Below, piece after piece: positions 64,000 to 64,000 of a stretch of 64,000 bases of DNA. Origin of the DNA: the human T2T-CHM13v2.0 reference genome, Homo sapiens; the NCBI RefSeq assembly GCF_009914755.1, contig NC_060934.1. One strand, given 5' to 3'. The translations under genes were made by a program, and so were the position numbers. Numbering within the stretch: position 1 is the stretch's first letter; every line of letters begins with the position of its first letter. The notes under the pieces were generated by a model. It was not told where the DNA came from, ran no database searches, and saw only the letters and a program-made list of their open reading frames with translations.

Positions 64000-64000
64000 A

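Overview
Primate (human-like) genomic DNA, very Alu-rich, with two + strand genes. The first is the 3' part of SUPV3L1 (mitochondrial SUV3 RNA helicase): 10 exons from 13 to the stop at 17386, matching exons 6-15. About 11 kb downstream lie the promoter and first 12 coding exons of HKDC1 (hexokinase domain-containing 1; ATG 28792 to 58696), and the gene continues past the window. I read all exon boundaries by hand: every intron is GT-AG and the phases chain into open frames. Nearly all other ORFs in the track are Alu translations or exon shadows. I found no convincing new gene or biological system. Best unexplained structures: (1) a ~0.9 kb inverted duplication linking SUPV3L1 intron 13 to HKDC1 intron 1; (2) inside the HKDC1 copy, an Alu carrying 37 bp of extra 3' sequence within a 15-bp target-site duplication (TSD), with the empty site preserved in the other copy; (3) an AluY-like replacement of one Alu arm in the same copy; (4) a 27-bp copy of HKDC1 exon 9 sequence in intron 8; (5) a perfect-Kozak in-frame Met455 downstream of a GC box, which could start a glucokinase-sized C-terminal half; (6) a perfect C/EBP-ATF element and a G4/HNF-like promoter; (7) minus-strand splice signals compatible with an antisense transcript. 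Repeat boundaries and subfamily calls are by eye and approximate.
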